Assembly (NCBI GenBank): GCA_035577545.1
Contig: DATLVI010000027.1
Location: forward strand, 5,220-69,219
DNA from: Verrucomicrobiia bacterium
Lineage (GTDB): Bacteria; Verrucomicrobiota; Verrucomicrobiia; Palsa-1439
Reading direction: 5' to 3'
DNA length: 64,000 nucleotides
Position numbers and translations under genes: made by a program. Each line of letters opens with the position of its first letter. Within the stretch, counting starts at the first letter, position 1. Positions 37,375 through 46,867 of the stretch are shown piece by piece. The notes under the pieces are model-generated. The model had not been told where the DNA came from and did not search any database. It saw only the letters and a program-made list of their open reading frames with translations.

Positions 37375-39664
37375 GATGACTACCTCCATTGGTAGAATCC
37401 AGCGCCTGCTCCGAGAGCCGCAATTCCAGGAGTGACAATAGGAAAGACAGCGTTGATTCAGCGCCCTGGTTTTGGTTCAAGCGGTCGGGATGCAAACCAT
37501 CCCGGCATCCGCCTGTTGATGGGTCGTAGAGCGGCAGGTGCAGGTCGTTGCGACCCAGAAACCAATCGAAAGCGCGTTCTGCTTCCCGGTGCCAGCGCTC
37601 CTCGCTCGTGACACGATAAGCTTCCAGGCCGGCCACGATCATGGCTTGGGCTTCAATGGGTTGCTGGTCGAAACGCGTTCGCTCGCCACCGCGGGAGTAA
37701 ACTCCGCTTGAGCCGATCGGCGTGAAATGACCCGCCTCCGCGCGTTGAACGTCCGCCAGCCATCGGAGCGAATTCAGCCCGGTTTCAAGAATGCTCCTGT
37801 CTGGCATCGTCGAGCCGGCGGTGAGCATCGCGTGCGGAAGCACTGCGTTGCAATAGCTCAGGCTGTCTTCAAACCATGGCCAGTCGGCCGTCGCATGGAT
37901 CTGGTACAAGTTAAGAAGCCGCTGCGCCAGCTCATCCCGCGCACCCTGCGCGGCACGGTCACCGGTGTAGCGCTTCAGGTATTCGTGGATGCCCAGCAGG
38001 GCAAATGCCCACGCCCGCGGGCTGCCGGTCTTCAGAATTGCCGGCAGCGCCAACTCGAACAAGCGGCTGGCCGTGCCACAGAGGCTTCGCTTACCGGACC
38101 GGCCCAGCACGGTCCCCAGCGCCCACAAGGCGCGCCCGTGGCTGTCTTCGGAACCGGAGTCCTCCAACCACTGGCGCTGGTACGAAAGAAAATTACGGAA
38201 CCGCGACGTCTCCGCATTGAACGCGAACCAGAGAAAGGCCAAATAGATGGAAGCCAGGCCTCGGACGCGGTCCAGTTCACCTCCGCCAACTTCTTCCAGT
38301 AGGACCATCGCAATCAGCGCCCGTGCATTATCGTCCGTGCAGTAGCCGTCCGAAAACCGCGGCACGCTGAACACGGCGTGCTGCAAAATGCCGGTTGCGT
38401 CGGTCAACCGCCGCAGATGATCAAATCGCAACGGAGGCAAATCCGCGGACTGCTTGCCGAGCGCCCGCGCGCTGACGGCCGGACGTGGCGCGCGGGTTCG
38501 TTCCGATCGGGCGCGGAGAAAACTCTCCATATACACCCGTGCCACATTCGGCCAGGTCATCTCACGGCTAAAAAGATAGGCGCGTTTGCGCATGGCGTGA
38601 CGCTCGGCTTCATCGTCCAGCAACTGCAATACGCCCGTCGCAATGGCCCGGGGATCGCCAAACGGCACCAGCAAGCCGCGACCATCGGCCAACAATTCCT
38701 CGGCATACCAGTACGGGGTGGAAACCACCGCTTTGCCGGCGCCCAGCGTGTAGGCAAGCGTGCCGGAAACAATTTGCTCCCGGTTGAGGTAGGGGGTGAG
38801 GTAAATGTCCGCGGCGCCGATGAATTCCACCAATTCCTCCAGGGTGACGAACCGGTTGTGGAACACGACATTCGCCTGCACGCCCCGTTCGCGGACCAGC
38901 CGCTGCAACATGAGCCGGTAAGCTTCTCCTTCACCGCGCAGCACGTGCGGATGGGTTGCGCCCAATACCATGAACAGCACCTGCGGGTGACTCGACAGAA
39001 TCTCCGGCAGGGCCTCGATGACATTCTCGATGCCTTTGTTCGGCGATAGCAGGCCGAATGTCAGTAGCACCAGCTTGCCTTCGGCGTTGAAACGGTCCTT
39101 GTAGAAATTGGGATCGACGAATGCGACGTCGGGGATGCCGTGCGGGATGAGATCGATCTTTTCCGCCGGGATTGCGTACGTTTCCCGCAAGAATGACCTG
39201 CCGCGTTCGCTCATCACCACGAGACGGTCTGAAAGTTCGCTCAGTTCCTTCATCACCTTACGCTGTTGTGAATCAGGCTCGCGCAGCACCGTGTGGAGTG
39301 TCGTGACGACGGGCATGCGCAGTTCGCGCAACAATGCCAGGATATGGCTGCCCGCCGGGCCGCCAAAGATTCCGAATTCGTGCTGGAGGCAAACCAGATC
39401 GACGTTGGTGATGTTCAAGAAGTCAGCTGCCCGACGATAGGATTCCAGGTCCCGCTCGGCCATCTCGAAGCGCACGCGGGGTGGGTAGTCATATCCCTCT
39501 TCACGGTCGTTTACTGGCACCGCGAAGCACGACGTGTCGGGGTATTGGGCCGCCAGTGCTTCGCAGAGGTCGCTGGTAAATGTAGCAATTCCGCAGCGGC
39601 GCGGCAGGTAATCGCCGATAACAGCTACGCGACCCAGTGTTTCCTTACGCTCCGATTCCATCAC
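37346..39664 (-). CDS. GT4-family glycosyltransferase fused to a ~350-aa helical C-terminal domain
   Basis: N-terminal GT-B/GT4 pattern (RCGIATFTSDL..., HEFGIFGG, ...PYWYAEELLADGRGLLVP). The C-terminal half is helix-rich with repeated aromatic/Gly turns, possibly an alpha/alpha toroid. Confidence 0.7.
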   Translation of the reverse strand: MMESERKETLGRVAVIGDYLPRRCGIATFTSDLCEALAAQYPDTSCFAVPVNDREEGYDYPPRVRFEMAERDLESYRRAADFLNITNVDLVCLQHEFGIFGGPAGSHILALLRELRMPVVTTLHTVLREPDSQQRKVMKELSELSDRLVVMSERGRSFLRETYAIPAEKIDLIPHGIPDVAFVDPNFYKDRFNAEGKLVLLTFGLLSPNKGIENVIEALPEILSSHPQVLFMVLGATHPHVLRGEGEAYRLMLQRLVRERGVQANVVFHNRFVTLEELVEFIGAADIYLTPYLNREQIVSGTLAYTLGAGKAVVSTPYWYAEELLADGRGLLVPFGDPRAIATGVLQLLDDEAERHAMRKRAYLFSREMTWPNVARVYMESFLRARSERTRAPRPAVSARALGKQSADLPPLRFDHLRRLTDATGILQHAVFSVPRFSDGYCTDDNARALIAMVLLEEVGGGELDRVRGLASIYLAFLWFAFNAETSRFRNFLSYQRQWLEDSGSEDSHGRALWALGTVLGRSGKRSLCGTASRLFELALPAILKTGSPRAWAFALLGIHEYLKRYTGDRAAQGARDELAQRLLNLYQIHATADWPWFEDSLSYCNAVLPHAMLTAGSTMPDRSILETGLNSLRWLADVQRAEAGHFTPIGSSGVYSRGGERTRFDQQPIEAQAMIVAGLEAYRVTSEERWHREAERAFDWFLGRNDLHLPLYDPSTGGCRDGLHPDRLNQNQGAESTLSFLLSLLELRLSEQALDSTNGGSHHEAIARTPV

Positions 39665-39694
39665 ACCTCCCGCAGTCAGAGGGAACCTGAAATA

Positions 39695-39733
39695 CTATGC
39701 GCCCGTTGATCAGAAAAATCAAAGGGCGCATAG
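39695..39733 (-). terminator. strong hairpin terminator downstream of the OMP gene
   Basis: CTATGCGCCC (39695-39704) is perfectly complementary to GGGCGCATAG (39724-39733), with inner TTGAT/ATCAA pairing. On the minus strand it is followed by TATTT. Confidence 0.6.
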
Positions 39734-39790
39734 CCTTTCACATTGGCACCGGCCTGAAAGGACGACCTTCCCTGCCGTCGAAGCCAACAT

Positions 39791-40360
39791 CTAAAACCCG
39801 AAGCTTACCCCGCCACGCACCAGGGTGTAATCCGGGGTCTTATCCGGGAAAACCTCGCGCGCATCGGCAAAGATCCCGAGGTTCCGGCTTAATTTGTATT
39901 CCAGACCGCCGCCGCCGTGCCATGTGAATTGCGGGATGTCCTTGAACTGCCGTCCTCCGCCGCCAAAGCCGTACAGCGCAAGCTTGGAGAACTGATCCGG
40001 CAATGGGAGGCGCAAAATGCCGCTACCATTGACGCGATAGGGCCATTTCCATTCCTCAATGTAGGTGTCCGCCCCGATACCCACATAACGCGTGAGGAAA
40101 TAATCAAGCCCAAGTCCTCCCCCCCCTGCGTTGACACTGCTGCCCTCCCGGTTCCGGGTGGCATAGGTGCCAAAGGCGTCCAGTGTCAGTTGACGGGACG
40201 GAAAGGGTTCATAATCCGTAGTTACCCATTCCGTCTTGGTCACCCGGGTGGTCTCAGTCGTCTGCGTTGACTGGACCGTGCCATCATCCGCCACGGCGCA
40301 CGTTTGCGCTGCGAAAGCACCCAGTACAACACCCGCTGCTATCCATTTTCTCGCGTTCAT
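39791..40360 (-). CDS. small outer-membrane beta-barrel protein (OmpA-beta/OmpW-like)
   Basis: Signal peptide ...AAQTCAVADD, alternating beta-strands and a C-terminal ...GGVSFGF. AGGAGG RBS. Confidence 0.65.
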   Translation of the reverse strand: MNARKWIAAGVVLGAFAAQTCAVADDGTVQSTQTTETTRVTKTEWVTTDYEPFPSRQLTLDAFGTYATRNREGSSVNAGGGGLGLDYFLTRYVGIGADTYIEEWKWPYRVNGSGILRLPLPDQFSKLALYGFGGGGRQFKDIPQFTWHGGGGLEYKLSRNLGIFADAREVFPDKTPDYTLVRGGVSFGF

Positions 40361-40476
40361 CTCAATGCCTCCTGGCTTGGTTGTTATTACTCACCGCATA
40401 ACCCGTCTACTTCCTGACATTGCAACTGTATCCAGGGGAGTTTGAAAAGCTATGGGCTGAAGAACTGGTTATGACC

Positions 40477-40491
40477 TAGGAGTAAGCCCTA
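40477..40491. promoter_or_regulatory. weak copy of TAGGAR-N3-YTCCTA palindrome (TAGGAGTAAGCCCTA)
   Basis: Lies 117 nt upstream of the OMP ATG at 40360. Confidence 0.3.
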
Positions 40492-40547
40492 ACTGCGAAT
40501 GGAACCGGTTGGGGTACAACGAACACCACTGATGCCCACGGGCATCC

Positions 40548-43034
40548 TTAGGATGGAACCTCGCGCTCGACTGTCTCTACAGGCGGTTGGGGGTCAGAAG
40601 TTGCAGGCTGTTTGGCAGCCGGGAATGAGCAGGTAACAATGGCGCCGCCGTCAACATTATTGCGGACGTCCAGCGTTCCGCCAATCATTCGCGCGCGGTA
40701 CTGCATAATGCGCAATCCCATTCCTTTTGGTTCATTGTCCCCCCCGGAGGGAAGACCAATCCCGTCGTCCATGACCGAAAGGACCTTATCCCCGTTGACC
40801 GCAGCCAAACGGATCGTGATTTGCTTCGCCCCAGCGTGTTTGACGGCGTTGTGCACAGCTTCCTGGGCTATTCGGAAAAGTTGAATGGCCGACGTGTCCT
40901 TGCAGTCAACACCGGAGGATTCATCCGGTTGCAGGACGCAACGCACGCCGAAGATCTGTTCGGTCGTGCGCGCTATTTCCTCCAGGGCGAAAAGAAGCCC
41001 ATGCCGTTCCAGTTCGACGGGATAAAACCCCTTGGCGAGATGCCGCACTTGTTCGACGCTTGCCAGAATAAGCTTTTCCACCTTCTCTGCGTCCCGCGTG
41101 ACCGGGGCCAATGCGCTCTCCAATTTCGTCTGCAGCGCGTTCATCATATAACTGATCCCCGCCAACTGCTGTCCGAGCCCGTCGTGCAATTCCTGGCCGA
41201 GCCGCAGTTGTTCACGCTCGATCGCGCGCGCCATTTCAGCTTCGAGCCGTTTGCGCTCCTCAATTTGGGCCTGGAGTTGTTTGTGCGCCGCGACCAACTC
41301 GAGGGTGCGCTCCTCGACCCGTGACTCCAGTTCCTGTCGCCAGGCTTTCAATTCGGTTTCCACCCGCTTGCGCTCGGTGATGTCCCTCGTGATTCTGGAG
41401 CCGCCGATTATCTTGCCAGCTGTGTCCCTGACCGGGGAGATCGTCACCGACACATCAATCCGTCTTCCATCCTTGGTTATGTGGACCGCTTCATGACGGT
41501 GGATTCTCTCACCACGTCCCAGTTTGGCCAAAATCCGGGGTTCTTCATCGCGATGACCCGGGGGGATCAAGATGGAGACCGATTTGCCGATAGCCTCTTC
41601 CGCGATGTATCCGTAAAGTTTTTCCGCAGCGGCGTTCCAACTTGTGATGATTCCGCTCAAGTTCTTTCCGAGGATGGCGTCGTCGGAGGATTCAACGATG
41701 GCTGCCAGACGCGCCTGCGCCTCCTCCGCTTGTTTCCGCTCGGTAATGTCCACGTTCACCCCCAGGATGCGGAGTGGCTGCCCGTGGGAGTCCTGGAAGA
41801 CCCGCGCCCGCGAGAAAAGCCAGTGCACACTGCCATCCGGCCATACGACCCGAAAATCCTGCGAGAACTCTCCCTCGTTGAGCGCCCGATTCATTTCTTC
41901 ATCAACACGGGTCCAATCCTCCGGGTGGATGCGCTTGTGCCAGCCTTCGTATGTCCCCTCAAAATCGCCGGGCTGCAACCCGTAGAGGGCTTCGATTTCA
42001 GGCGACCAGTAATTCTTCTCCGTAACGTTGTTGTAGTCGAAAATCCCCCACCGGGTTGCCTGTTGTGCGATCTGGGTTCGCTCCTGGCTCTCACGCAGGG
42101 CGTCCTCGGCCACCCGACGCTCGGAAATGGCGGCGCCCAGCACAAGGTTGGTCACGGTGAGCGTGCTGATGTATATCTGCAGCATGACCAGCGAGTCGTT
42201 GGCATCTCCGGAAGCGAAGGGGCCGAAACCGCGTAATGTCCCCCAAATTGCAATGCCCGAGATGGCGACGGCGGTGGTGATCGCCCCCCGTTGACCGAAA
42301 CGGTACGCCGCCCACAGCACGGCGGGGTACAACAAAAACCGTGGATATCGGTTCACGGATGCGGCCAACGGCTCGCCGAATCCGATTACACTGATGGCGA
42401 CTGCGACGCCGAATACCAGCGCCGCTTCGGAGATTCGTTGGTAGTCCCACTGGCGAACCGGGGTTTTGCTCCAAACGATAATCAACGGGGTAAGAGTCAG
42501 GGCGCTAACAGCATCGCCGAGCCACCATGTGGTCCAGATGGCCGCATAATTCTCCCATCGAGCAAACCCACCCAGCGCCAGGCTCGTCACGCCAATCGTG
42601 GCGCTCACCATCGTGCTCAGGCCGGCGGCGAACAAGACGAATTGGAAAATGCCACGAGCCCGGTCAAACGCATGCCATCCACCCGCAAAACGCTGAACGA
42701 ACCAGACCCCCAACAAAACTTCCAGCGTGTTCCCGCCCGCAATGCAGATCGTGGTCGCGATGGAGCCCGCGGTCGTTATATTGACCAGGAAAGCCCCGAG
42801 CCAGATGCCGGGCCAAACGCGGTACCCGAGCAGCAAAACAGCCGCGAGAGCGATCCCGGTCGGAGGCCAAACCGCTGTCGCGCTTTGGTTGAGGAACGCG
42901 AGCTTGAGGCCAAGTTTTCCCGCGACAAAATAGACGAGGGCCAGCGCCGTGATTTTCGCGAGGTCAGAAACGACCCCACGGCTCACGCCCCAGAAAGGGG
43001 GTGCGGCACCGACGCGTTTGGCGTCTTCGTCCAT
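40548..43034 (-). CDS. MASE1 - PAS/PAC x2-3 - HisKA_3 - HATPase_c sensor histidine kinase
   Basis: MASE1 signature (YFVAGKLGLKLAF...SATAVWPPTGIALAAVLLLGYRVWPGIWLGAF). PAS repeats. H-box ELHDGLGQQLAG and a HATPase C-terminus. Confidence 0.85.
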   Translation of the reverse strand: MDEDAKRVGAAPPFWGVSRGVVSDLAKITALALVYFVAGKLGLKLAFLNQSATAVWPPTGIALAAVLLLGYRVWPGIWLGAFLVNITTAGSIATTICIAGGNTLEVLLGVWFVQRFAGGWHAFDRARGIFQFVLFAAGLSTMVSATIGVTSLALGGFARWENYAAIWTTWWLGDAVSALTLTPLIIVWSKTPVRQWDYQRISEAALVFGVAVAISVIGFGEPLAASVNRYPRFLLYPAVLWAAYRFGQRGAITTAVAISGIAIWGTLRGFGPFASGDANDSLVMLQIYISTLTVTNLVLGAAISERRVAEDALRESQERTQIAQQATRWGIFDYNNVTEKNYWSPEIEALYGLQPGDFEGTYEGWHKRIHPEDWTRVDEEMNRALNEGEFSQDFRVVWPDGSVHWLFSRARVFQDSHGQPLRILGVNVDITERKQAEEAQARLAAIVESSDDAILGKNLSGIITSWNAAAEKLYGYIAEEAIGKSVSILIPPGHRDEEPRILAKLGRGERIHRHEAVHITKDGRRIDVSVTISPVRDTAGKIIGGSRITRDITERKRVETELKAWRQELESRVEERTLELVAAHKQLQAQIEERKRLEAEMARAIEREQLRLGQELHDGLGQQLAGISYMMNALQTKLESALAPVTRDAEKVEKLILASVEQVRHLAKGFYPVELERHGLLFALEEIARTTEQIFGVRCVLQPDESSGVDCKDTSAIQLFRIAQEAVHNAVKHAGAKQITIRLAAVNGDKVLSVMDDGIGLPSGGDNEPKGMGLRIMQYRARMIGGTLDVRNNVDGGAIVTCSFPAAKQPATSDPQPPVETVEREVPS

Positions 43035-43148
43035 AATCTCGAACCACCCGCGCAGACAATCATGTCCGAGTCGGGGTTGTCGATATAATTACCCCATAAA
43101 AGCATGGACGTCGACGTTGTCGCAATCGTTCACCTGCTAATTGTACCC

Positions 43149-43163
43149 TAGGAAAAGCTCCTA
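43149..43163. promoter_or_regulatory. palindrome TAGGAA-AAG-CTCCTA
   Basis: Lies 115 nt upstream of the kinase ATG at 43034. Member of the recurrent motif set. Confidence 0.4.
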
Positions 43164-43226
43164 GCCTGCAATTGAGGATAGTTGTCCCTCGAGTACCAGC
43201 CCACCCGTTCAGGCGGTAACGGATCT

Positions 43227-43691
43227 TCACGCAGCCCGCCAGCTTTGAGCGTTTCCGTGATAATCAGGCGAACCTGGCTGCGAAATGCTTTTTACAACCT
43301 GGCCCGTAAGAGTCTCGTCGTCGTGGCACGCGAGATCCGCCTGGGAAACAATCCCGCAAAGATCACCGTTCTCATCGATGACGGGAAGCCGTCGCACCTG
43401 GTGTTCTTCCATGAGCCGGCGGCACTCGTCCACGCTCATATCCTGCACGACAGTTATACAAGGTGCAGACAGGCAGGCAGACACCTTGATTGCGAGGGGA
43501 TTCAGCCCCTTGGCGATTGTTCGGCACACGATGTCGCGGTCGGTAACGACCCCGATTGGCTTCCTTGTTCCATATTCGCAAACGGGGATCTGTCCACAAT
43601 CCTCGGCGACCATCATTGCCGCAATCTCCTGCAAGCTGGCATCCGGAGCGCAATAGGAAGGCCCCACAGTCATGATTTCACTGACATTCAT
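43227..43691 (-). CDS. CBS-pair domain protein (stand-alone)
   Basis: Two CBS repeats (VSEIMTVGPSYC...PVCEYGTRKPIGVVTDRDIV; ...RRLPVIDENGDLCGIVSQADL). RBS GAGAGGT. Confidence 0.8.
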   Translation of the reverse strand: MNVSEIMTVGPSYCAPDASLQEIAAMMVAEDCGQIPVCEYGTRKPIGVVTDRDIVCRTIAKGLNPLAIKVSACLSAPCITVVQDMSVDECRRLMEEHQVRRLPVIDENGDLCGIVSQADLACHDDETLTGQVVKSISQPGSPDYHGNAQSWRAA

Positions 43692-43893
43692 TAACTACCT
43701 CTCATGGTTTCGACGGTTTCCGTTGTGCAACGGCCATTTTCGGCACCTCCGCGTCATTGCGCCCGCATGGCATGCCTCAAGAATAACCCATCTCTTTTCC
43801 GCCGGGAATCAGTCGCGTTCTGAATCCGGCCTCGGAAAATGGATAAGATGCAACCCAGCCGATTCCGTATGTCTTTCGCCATTACTCGGGGAA

Positions 43894-43913
43894 TTTCCTA
43901 GGAAAAGACCAGT
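43894..43913. promoter_or_regulatory. perfect 12-bp palindrome TTTCCTAGGAAA overlapping TAGGAA-AAG-ACCAGT
   Basis: Lies upstream of the small secreted protein gene at 43981. Shares TAGGAA-N5-CCAGTGCC with the site at 52234. Confidence 0.35.
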
Positions 43914-43980
43914 GCCTCCGCCGATTGAACCGTAAACGATCCATCGTAAATTTTGTGAAGAAAGAAAGGATGGAACCATC

Positions 43981-44406
43981 ATGAGGAGGACAAGATGTAG
44001 TTATTGGTTGGGAGCCGGCCTTGGCGCGGCTGCCTTGCTGCTGGTCGCGACGGCATGGGCTGATAACGATCCAAATTCCGGGGCCAGCACCCCGGCCCAA
44101 CCCGGCCAGTCGGACACAGGCAAAGATCAACGCGAGCAGCGACTCACCGGCCGCATCACGGCCATTGATACCGCGGCCCAAACCGTGACCGTGAAGGGCA
44201 CGCTGATGAGCAAGGTCATCAAGGTGGGTTCCGACGCGCAGATTGCCGTCGAGGGCAATACGTCAGCCGCATTGAGCGACCTGAAAGTCGGCGACCGCGT
44301 TGAGTTGAGTTATCGAGCGGAAGGCGACACGCTAACCGCATTGCGCATCACTCGCACAAGCTCGGGATCCAAAGAGTCCAGCGGGGCCCCGTCTGGCTCG
44401 TACTAG
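43981..44406 (+). CDS. small secreted beta-rich protein, paralog A
   Basis: Signal peptide. The core GRITAIDTAAQTVTVKG...LSDLKVGDRVELSYRAEGDTLTALRI is paralogous to the genes at 44522 and 51247. Confidence 0.65.
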   Translation: MRRTRCSYWLGAGLGAAALLLVATAWADNDPNSGASTPAQPGQSDTGKDQREQRLTGRITAIDTAAQTVTVKGTLMSKVIKVGSDAQIAVEGNTSAALSDLKVGDRVELSYRAEGDTLTALRITRTSSGSKESSGAPSGSY

Positions 44407-44521
44407 GGAAGGTCGACGATTGGATCATCTTGATCCGAAGCCCGAATAGCTTGCAGTGCAAAGTGGGGGATACTGGGTGTCAGTGTCCCCTGACCAGGCG
44501 AATGGCGAAAGGAGCTATCGC

Positions 44522-44935
44522 ATGAACATGAATCGAGTGTGGACAATAGTTGCAATCGGCGTCGCGCTTAATTTGACCGCAGGTACCGGACGCGGGGATA
44601 CCGGCGAACAACCACCGGAAAAACCAAAAGCCGAGACCTTCGCTGGCACCATACGAGCGCTGGACGCTGAAAAAAGGGTGATGACGGTGGAAGCCACGCC
44701 CTTGAGCAAGACCTTCGGGATCGCTTCAGACTGCGAGGTCATGACCAAGGACAAACCAAAAGCCTCCGTGGAAGACCTGAAAGTAGGAAGCGTTGTGCAC
44801 GTCTCTTATGAAGCGGCCAACGGCATCCTCGTGGCCCACCGCATCGAGCAACAGGGTCCGCCGCAAGAGACGGACAAGACAACCGCTTTCACCCGCTATC
44901 GTCTCCGGTACGTGGTCTTCGAAAAATTACGGTAA
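44522..44935 (+). CDS. small secreted beta-rich protein, paralog B
   Basis: AAAGGAG RBS and signal peptide. Core is GTIRALDAEKRVMTVEA...VEDLKVGSVVHVSYEAANGILVAHRI. Confidence 0.65.
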   Translation: MNMNRVWTIVAIGVALNLTAGTGRGDTGEQPPEKPKAETFAGTIRALDAEKRVMTVEATPLSKTFGIASDCEVMTKDKPKASVEDLKVGSVVHVSYEAANGILVAHRIEQQGPPQETDKTTAFTRYRLRYVVFEKLR

Positions 44936-44968
44936 CCGAACCATCGCTTTTGGGCGCAAGGTGGTTGT

Positions 44969-44993
44969 GACGGACGATCTGTCCGTCATTTTA
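44969..44993 (+). terminator. hairpin GACGGAC-GATCT-GTCCGTC followed by ATTTTA
   Basis: 7-bp perfect stem in the convergent gap between paralog B and the regulator gene. It overlaps the regulator stop codon. Confidence 0.45.
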
Positions 44994-45687
44994 CGGACGC
45001 TGTGGCCGCCCAATGCACGGCATGACGGACCAACTCAGCGGCATTCTTAAGACCCAGCTTCGCGCGGATGTTCTGCTGGTAGCAGGAAACCGTTTTCTTG
45101 CTGAGGTGCAGCAGCTCGGCAATTTCACTGGTGCCGTGGCCTTCGCTTACCAACTCGAAGACCTCCAGCTCACGATCACTGAGCGACTCAATCAGCGGCC
45201 GTTTGGCGGGTTCGCCGTGCTTGGCGAATGAGCCCATGACCCGCGAGGTCATTTGCTCGCTAAGGTGGATCCCGCCAGTCAGGACTTTGCGCAGGGCTTC
45301 GATGACCATTTTCATCGACTCCTGTTTCATGACATAACCGCGCGCGCCGGCGTGAAGTACCCGCTCGGCATAAAGTGTCTCGTCATGCATCGAAAGCGCC
45401 AGGACGGGGATTTTTCCAGAATAGCGGGCGCGGATGTCCTTGATTAACTCCATGCCGTTGCTGTTGTGCAGGCTGATGTCGACGAGCACGGCATCGGGCG
45501 CCAGGCGAGCAATTTCGGCCATGGCCCTGGGGGCACTCTCGGCCTCCCCGCAAACCACCAGATCATCCGTCTGGTTGATCGCGTTGCTCAGGCCCTCACG
45601 GATGGCCGGATGATCGTCCACCAACAGAACCCCCCTCCGTTTGGCCACGGGTTTTTTCTGCGGCTCGGACACCTGTGCCTTCTTCAT
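44986..45687 (-). CDS. NarL/LuxR-family response regulator (REC + GerE HTH)
   Basis: VLLVDDHPAIREGL...VDISL...; C-terminal LSDRELEVFELVSEGHGTSEIAELLHLSKKTVSCYQQNI. ATG 45687 is preceded by GGAGGG. Confidence 0.85.
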   Translation of the reverse strand: MKKAQVSEPQKKPVAKRRGVLLVDDHPAIREGLSNAINQTDDLVVCGEAESAPRAMAEIARLAPDAVLVDISLHNSNGMELIKDIRARYSGKIPVLALSMHDETLYAERVLHAGARGYVMKQESMKMVIEALRKVLTGGIHLSEQMTSRVMGSFAKHGEPAKRPLIESLSDRELEVFELVSEGHGTSEIAELLHLSKKTVSCYQQNIRAKLGLKNAAELVRHAVHWAATASVK

Positions 45688-45799
45688 AACAAGCCCTCCA
45701 CTTAAACACATTCCCAACTCGACCCGCACAATCCGTTGCAGGTCAGGGATAGTAGCTCAGTTCAACCATTGAATAAAGAAAAAAACGCCGAGCCTGCTC

Positions 45800-45814
45800 T
45801 AGGAACTATTCCTA
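45800..45814. promoter_or_regulatory. palindrome TAGGAA-CTA-TTCCTA
   Basis: Perfect 6+6 inverted repeat 113 nt upstream of the regulator ATG at 45687, in the divergent region with the ACT gene. Confidence 0.45.
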
Positions 45815-46107
45815 TGATCCACAGCCTACCCTCACCGGCTTACTACCAGCGCAAGAGTTCCGCAATCTATTACACGGAACCCAGGCTTATAAGGATTCCT
45901 TCCTAGAGTGAAACCGTATCCTCGTCCGATTGCGAGACTTGGGGCATGTGTGTTACACAAATCGGAGAATTGGAAGGACTGGCGAATGTCCAGAAAAACA
46001 CAAGCGAGGGGGACAGTTGGCGGAACGCATCGTCATCTCTCGCAGGGGAAACCTATGACACAAGGGATATCGAGTGGGGAATAACGCGGTGAAAAGAGGA
46101 GGGTGGT

Positions 46108-46599
46108 ATGTCTATTCTACGTCGAGAGATTGAACTGACAGTCCAACTGGGCGAGGAGCCGACAGAGATGAGGACCATGGGAATCGTCTCCTGGCTTCCC
46201 GACATTGAAGTGCTGGCGATGCGTTCTTATTGCGGCCCCTCTGGGCTCGTGCTGCTTTTAATAACCACGGACCCCTGCAAGGCGTCTGATGTCCTGCAGG
46301 CGGCCGGATTCCGATGCAAGAGCAATCCGGTGATATTGGTGGGTCCGCTCTGCAGGTCCGGACTGGCGGCCTCGGTTGGGACGGAACTGGCCAACCTGGG
46401 AATCGATGTTTTGTACTCCTATGTTTCGCGTGCCAAAGCTGGCTATCAGTATCTGGTCTTAAGAACAACGGAGGACGACCGGGCGGTGCAGGCGCTGGAG
46501 GCCAGCGCCGGCATCCGTGATGCGGCGCAATGGAAATCCCGGCAGGATCGGAACGTGGTTTCCGAAAGCGAATCGAGCTTGCAAGAGACAGCGGCGTAA
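46108..46599 (+). CDS. tandem ACT-like domain protein, paralog 1
   Basis: ...DVLQAAGFRCKSNPVILVGP...LANLGIDVLYSYV...YLVLRTTEDDRAVQALE aligns by eye with the genes at 51610 and 52352. GAGGAGG RBS. Confidence 0.65.
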   Translation: MSILRREIELTVQLGEEPTEMRTMGIVSWLPDIEVLAMRSYCGPSGLVLLLITTDPCKASDVLQAAGFRCKSNPVILVGPLCRSGLAASVGTELANLGIDVLYSYVSRAKAGYQYLVLRTTEDDRAVQALEASAGIRDAAQWKSRQDRNVVSESESSLQETAA

Positions 46600-46867
46600 C
46601 ATTCCTCCGCCGACCCCAGGGCGGCGCGGGAAGAGTCCATGGTCGCGATCTCTTCGTGCGCGGCAGGATGTGCTTTTGGTGACGAATATATATCGAGTGG
46701 CTCGTGGTCGGGGCAAGGTTCGCCGCCCCGCCGAACGACCCTGCCCGCCCACCTCCCCCTCAACGACCACCCGCGCCTCTTTTGATTTGTGTAAAGCACG
46801 CCCACAACCTATGCTTCTTTTAGGCTCCCAATCCGAGGGTCTGGTCCGATGTAGGGCAGGCGCGGGT

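Noticed and set aside
45746-45767. tRNA-like string GGGATAGTAGCTCAGTTCAACC
   Set aside because: It matches only an acceptor/D-arm-like 5' part. No anticodon arm, T-arm (GTTCRANYC) or 3' acceptor complement follows. It is not a tRNA gene, and at most a relic.
46517-46867. 117-codon N-terminal extension of the CheB/CheR kinase ORF
   Set aside because: The extension is Arg/Pro-rich and overlaps the end of the ACT gene. The CheB domain begins right after ATG 46868 (MARNRRRTKSRTFPIVGVGASAGG).
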